Positions 34,942 through 38,232 of a stretch of 38,232 nucleotides of DNA are shown piece after piece. Both the position numbers and the translations under genes were made by a program. Position 1 is the first letter of the stretch; every line of letters begins with the position of its first letter. Source of the DNA: Blastocystis sp. subtype 4 (Eukaryota); contig NW_014569477.1 of assembly GCF_000743755.1 (NCBI RefSeq), forward strand, positions 1 through 38,232, in the 5' to 3' direction. The notes under the pieces were generated by a model. That model made no database searches. It had not been told where the DNA came from and saw only the letters and a list, made by a program, of their open reading frames with translations.

Positions 34942-34949
34942 TGTTTGTT
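34942..34949 (+). terminator. TGTTTGTT polyadenylation-associated element
   Basis: Exact motif 3 nt after the TAG at 34936-34938. Confidence 0.75.
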
Positions 34950-34967
34950 TGATTCTCTCTCGGAAGC

Positions 34968-36387
34968 ATGGATGTTTGTTCTAATGACTGGAACTAATAA
35001 ATAGTATTGTTCTTCTGTTAATCAGGGAGTCGAAACGGTCAATTCAGCACTCCTTGCTTCTTGTTTCACCACAGATCCTTCAAAACATGTTGGAGGATTA
35101 GATATGGTTCAGAGATTGATTCAAGTAGGAATTGAGTGAATCTGATATGGAAGGTAAATGACGTGGATTTGTTGGTATCACCTATTCAAAATACTACGTA
35201 TTGTTGAGTTGTTTCGATAAATTATAGTCTGAGGAAAGCTGCTGCTGCCCATATCTGGATGATGAAGCATTATGCTTCAAATAATCTAGAGCAAAGTGCG
35301 CACTATCAGAATGAGTTCTTTGAGTATTTGAACTCTCGATTATGAATTCTAGTTTCTTTTCGCAGTTCATTTCATCTACAACGGTTCCAACTCTAGCACC
35401 ATTAGCGATTTGTGTATGTAAAGAGTCGCAGCAATTCGTTGGACGGGTGATTGATCATGTCCCTATTGATTCTAAGATTGCAAGGCAGACTTCCATAATT
35501 GAATCTCGGGAACTATCTGATTTCATTAAAGGAATTCGAAACTTGTTGATTGTGTGTAATAATGCCGAATTTGCTCATGTATCAATGCTTTCATCTCTAA
35601 ACTCTAGTTCTCTTCATATAATGCATTGATTAGTATTCTTAATAGCTATTTGAAGAATCTCTTCTGCCAGAGGAACTTCATTGCTGCTCAAGTTCTCCTT
35701 GATCCATATCAAGATATTCTTGAAGGCGAATTAATGATATGTCCTCTCTCCGAATTAACAACCTTCTACTATTACTATGGTAGACTATTTATTTACACAG
35801 AACAATACGACAGTGCCACAGAATGTATTTCAAAGGCAATTCAGGCTTGTGATCCAGAAAATGAGCGAAATCTATCGTATCGTTGGTTGTATCGATTCAT
35901 TGTAGTCGGCTAATGTTCTTCTACATTCCATTGATGTTGAAGTCGGGAAGGCTTCCAAAAGACGAGCTTCTACAGCGATTTGGTTTTAACATGGTAACTA
36001 TACATCGAGGGAATTATAGATAGTATTCAAAAATGGTTTTGTGTTGTCGAACAGGGAACATAACGCTCTTTGAACAAGTGTTAAATGAGAACAGCTTGAC
36101 GATCAACAAGCGTGGATTGCAAGTACTTTCTTTTGTTAGAGTTATATCTAAGCTCCTCTTTTCCAAAATCAAAGCAATGGTGTATGCTCGACTAATCTTA
36201 CGGATAAGGGAAACATATAATGAATTTCACGTTCCTTATTCTGCGCTACGTTATGGATTCCAATACTATGGACAAGAAGTGACTGATGAGGAGATCACCT
36301 GTATAATCAATTCACTAGTGCTATTGGGTCATTTAAAATGCTATGCTTCATTCAATCACAAAACCGTTGTATTTAGTAAGAAATTGT
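34968..36387 (+). CDS. PCI domain protein, PCID2/Thp1/Csn12-like
   Basis: TFYYYYGRLF, GRLPKDELL, GNITLFEQVL and EITCIINSLVLLGHLKCYASFNHKTVVFSKK (PCI winged-helix end). Probable poly(A)-created stop at 36387. Confidence 0.75.
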
Positions 36388-36391
36388 ATAG

Positions 36392-36399
36392 TGTTTGTT
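36392..36399 (+). terminator. TGTTTGTT element ending the PCI gene
   Basis: Exact motif with an in-frame T 5 nt upstream. Confidence 0.75.
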
Positions 36400-36468
36400 G
36401 GTATATCAATTATGAACCACTATCCGTACAGAGAGTTGATTGATTCAAAAAGAAGTGTAAATTGACAA

Positions 36469-37077
36469 ATGTCCCGTCCTAAAGTATTCTTTGATATTAC
36501 CATTGCTGGCCAACCTGCAGGAAGAATCGTCTTTTCGGTAGGTTTGATTCCTTCTATTTCATGTCATAGTTGTTCAGCGATATTGTCCCTAAGACTGCTG
36601 AAAATTTCCGATGCCTGTGCACCGGAGAGAAGGGAAAGGGAAGATCTGGAGTGGATCTCTGCTTCAAGAACTCAATCTTCCACAGAGTCATCCCTGGCTT
36701 CATGCTTCAGGGAGGAGATATCACTTTATGGGTTGAGTCAGGTTCTTATCCATAGGATTTCAATGGTTTTGGAGGTGAATCCATCTATGGAAACAGATTC
36801 GCTGATGAGAACTTCCGCGTGCGCCACGACCGTCCAGGACTCCTTTCGATGGCCAATGCTGGTCCCAATACAAATGGGTCTCAGTTCTTTATCACCACCG
36901 TAGAATTCAATTGGAATGAGTAATATAAAGGTTCCTACTCCTCATCTGAACGGAAAGCATGTCGTTTTCGGCGAAGTCATTGAAGGCATGGATGTTGTTA
37001 AGAAGATCGAGTCTTATGGATCCAACAGTGGAAGAACGAAGGCTGAGATCAAGATCGTTGCCTGTGGTCAACTCTAA
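36469..37077 (+). CDS. Cyclophilin-type peptidyl-prolyl isomerase (single domain)
   Basis: [49 protein letters not shown] and [10 protein letters not shown]. Three introns. Confidence 0.95.
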
Positions 37078-37091
37078 GCATGTGATCAGTT

Positions 37092-37099
37092 TGTTTGTT
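37092..37099 (+). terminator. TGTTTGTT polyadenylation-associated element
   Basis: Exact motif 14 nt after the cyclophilin stop. Confidence 0.7.
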
Positions 37100-37245
37100 A
37101 TAGACACTCTTGGAACCCTTATGTCGAGTAGTTTCGTTTCAAGGATTTCGAGAATAGAGGGATGTTGACAGAAATTGTTCGTATTCTGGATGCCTCAATT
37201 CGGTTCTTGTGAAGAATTCTATTTATCTTTGTTTCTGTATATATT

Positions 37246-38032
37246 ATGCCTAGGTATTATCTCTAATTCCATTTGACCGATTAGAAGTCGAAGTTCAGGA
37301 TGTTACAGAATAGGGTACTGTTAATGTGTAGTCAGTGGCGGTTCCCGAAGATCTTATTCGTCCGCAAGGTCGTCTGCAAGACCGTTTTGTGTCTTTGATA
37401 GTACTAATCTGTAGTTCTGCATCTCATTCTGCTCGAGCTCCCCCACGACGAACTGCAACTCCTGCGAGATCGGCAGCTAGACCAGCTGCTGGTACTTCGT
37501 CAACAAAATCGACTGCCAGCACCTCGTCAGCAAAACCTACAACTCCCGCTCCTCAACCTCAGCCCACCCATCAACAGACGTGTACAAGTTGAAGGTTTCT
37601 TTTGAAATGTAGATTCGTCTGGAGGTGGTTTCTTCTCGAATGTTGCCCAGGGCTTTGCTTTTGGAGCTGGAAGTGCTGTAGCTCATAAGTAGGTATTGGA
37701 TGTGTTCTCTTAGAGTAGTGCTGTAAATGGAGTTGTGAATGCTGTTTCTGGTCGTAACCGCGAGGAAGACCCGAATGCTCCTGTTCCTGTTGAGGAAACT
37801 TCCGAAATGCAGCAGCAACAGCAAGTATGGGCAGAGAAAGGGAATAAAGTGTAGGATCCTTGTGCAATGTATCGTATGGACTTCAATAATTGTTTGGAAG
37901 TGGTAAGAGACGTTGTTACTAGCTAATGACAAGAATAAGGATAAAGGTATTTCCGAGTGTCAGATCTTCTTTGACTCGTTCAAGAGATGTCAAGAACGAG
38001 TTCAGAGAGAGTCTATGAATGAATTCCATTGA
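37246..38032 (+). CDS. CHCHD2/CHCHD10/Mix17-like mitochondrial twin CX9C protein
   Basis: Spliced MPRSRSS..., Ser/Arg/Pro/Ala-rich N-terminus, GFAFGAGSAVAH hydrophobic helix and the twin CX9C motifs PCAMYRMDFNNC...ECQIFFDSFKRC. About seven introns. Confidence 0.85.
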
Positions 38033-38046
38033 GTGGTCATTTTCCT

Positions 38047-38054
38047 TGTTTGTT
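38047..38054 (+). terminator. TGTTTGTT polyadenylation-associated element
   Basis: Exact motif 14 nt after the TGA at 38030-38032. Confidence 0.7.
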
Positions 38055-38232
38055 GTGTCTATATATTGACTTTGATCTTCTGCTAACTTTTAGAGAATAC
38101 CGGAAACAAGAGATGAGAATTAGAGGAGTTTCATAGAAAAATGAAATGGATCAAGAATCGATTCTTATACCCATATTCATACCATAATAATACAATATTT
38201 AGGGTCCATCAATCCATTCAATTGGTTACTCC

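Noticed and set aside
2235..38032. Many fragmented ORFs suggesting pseudogenes or an alternative genetic code
   Set aside because: The breaks I examined are resolved by GT-AG introns of about 30 nt that restore frame and conserved motifs under the standard code.
38060..38232. Possible gene fragment at the right edge
   Set aside because: Short open frames exist on both strands, but there is no recognisable motif and the strand cannot be assigned.

Overview
Gene-dense, AT-rich eukaryotic nuclear DNA with about 22 protein-coding genes, very short intergenic spacers and many tiny (about 28-35 nt) GT-AG introns that fragment the ORF track. A TGTTTGT(T) element sits at almost every gene end. These features together match the gut stramenopile Blastocystis (inference from architecture, no database search run). 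Genes in order: APC5-like helical protein, Ulp/SENP protease, tandem dual protein kinase, SART1/Snu66, TMEM198-like protein, a C2HC-zinc-finger/charged-helix/12xNPF/PH protein, a fucosyltransferase-like enzyme, an LRR protein, two tandem CCCH + DEDDy exonuclease paralogs, SMYD, DRG1, PRA1, STAG/Scc3, an EamA transporter, DPH1, a sphingomyelin/IPC-synthase-like enzyme, SSUH2-like protein, PCID2-like protein, cyclophilin and CHCHD2/Mix17. The main signal is that at least seven genes appear to get their stop codon from polyadenylation: an in-frame T, TA or TG lies exactly 5 nt before the motif. Convergent gene pairs share a palindromic bidirectional version of that motif. Other oddities are an orphan palindromic signal beside a structured spacer, a probable TT-AG intron in cyclophilin and a 4-residue deletion in the DRG1 core. 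Exon boundaries were derived by hand, and gene spans are outer coordinates including introns.
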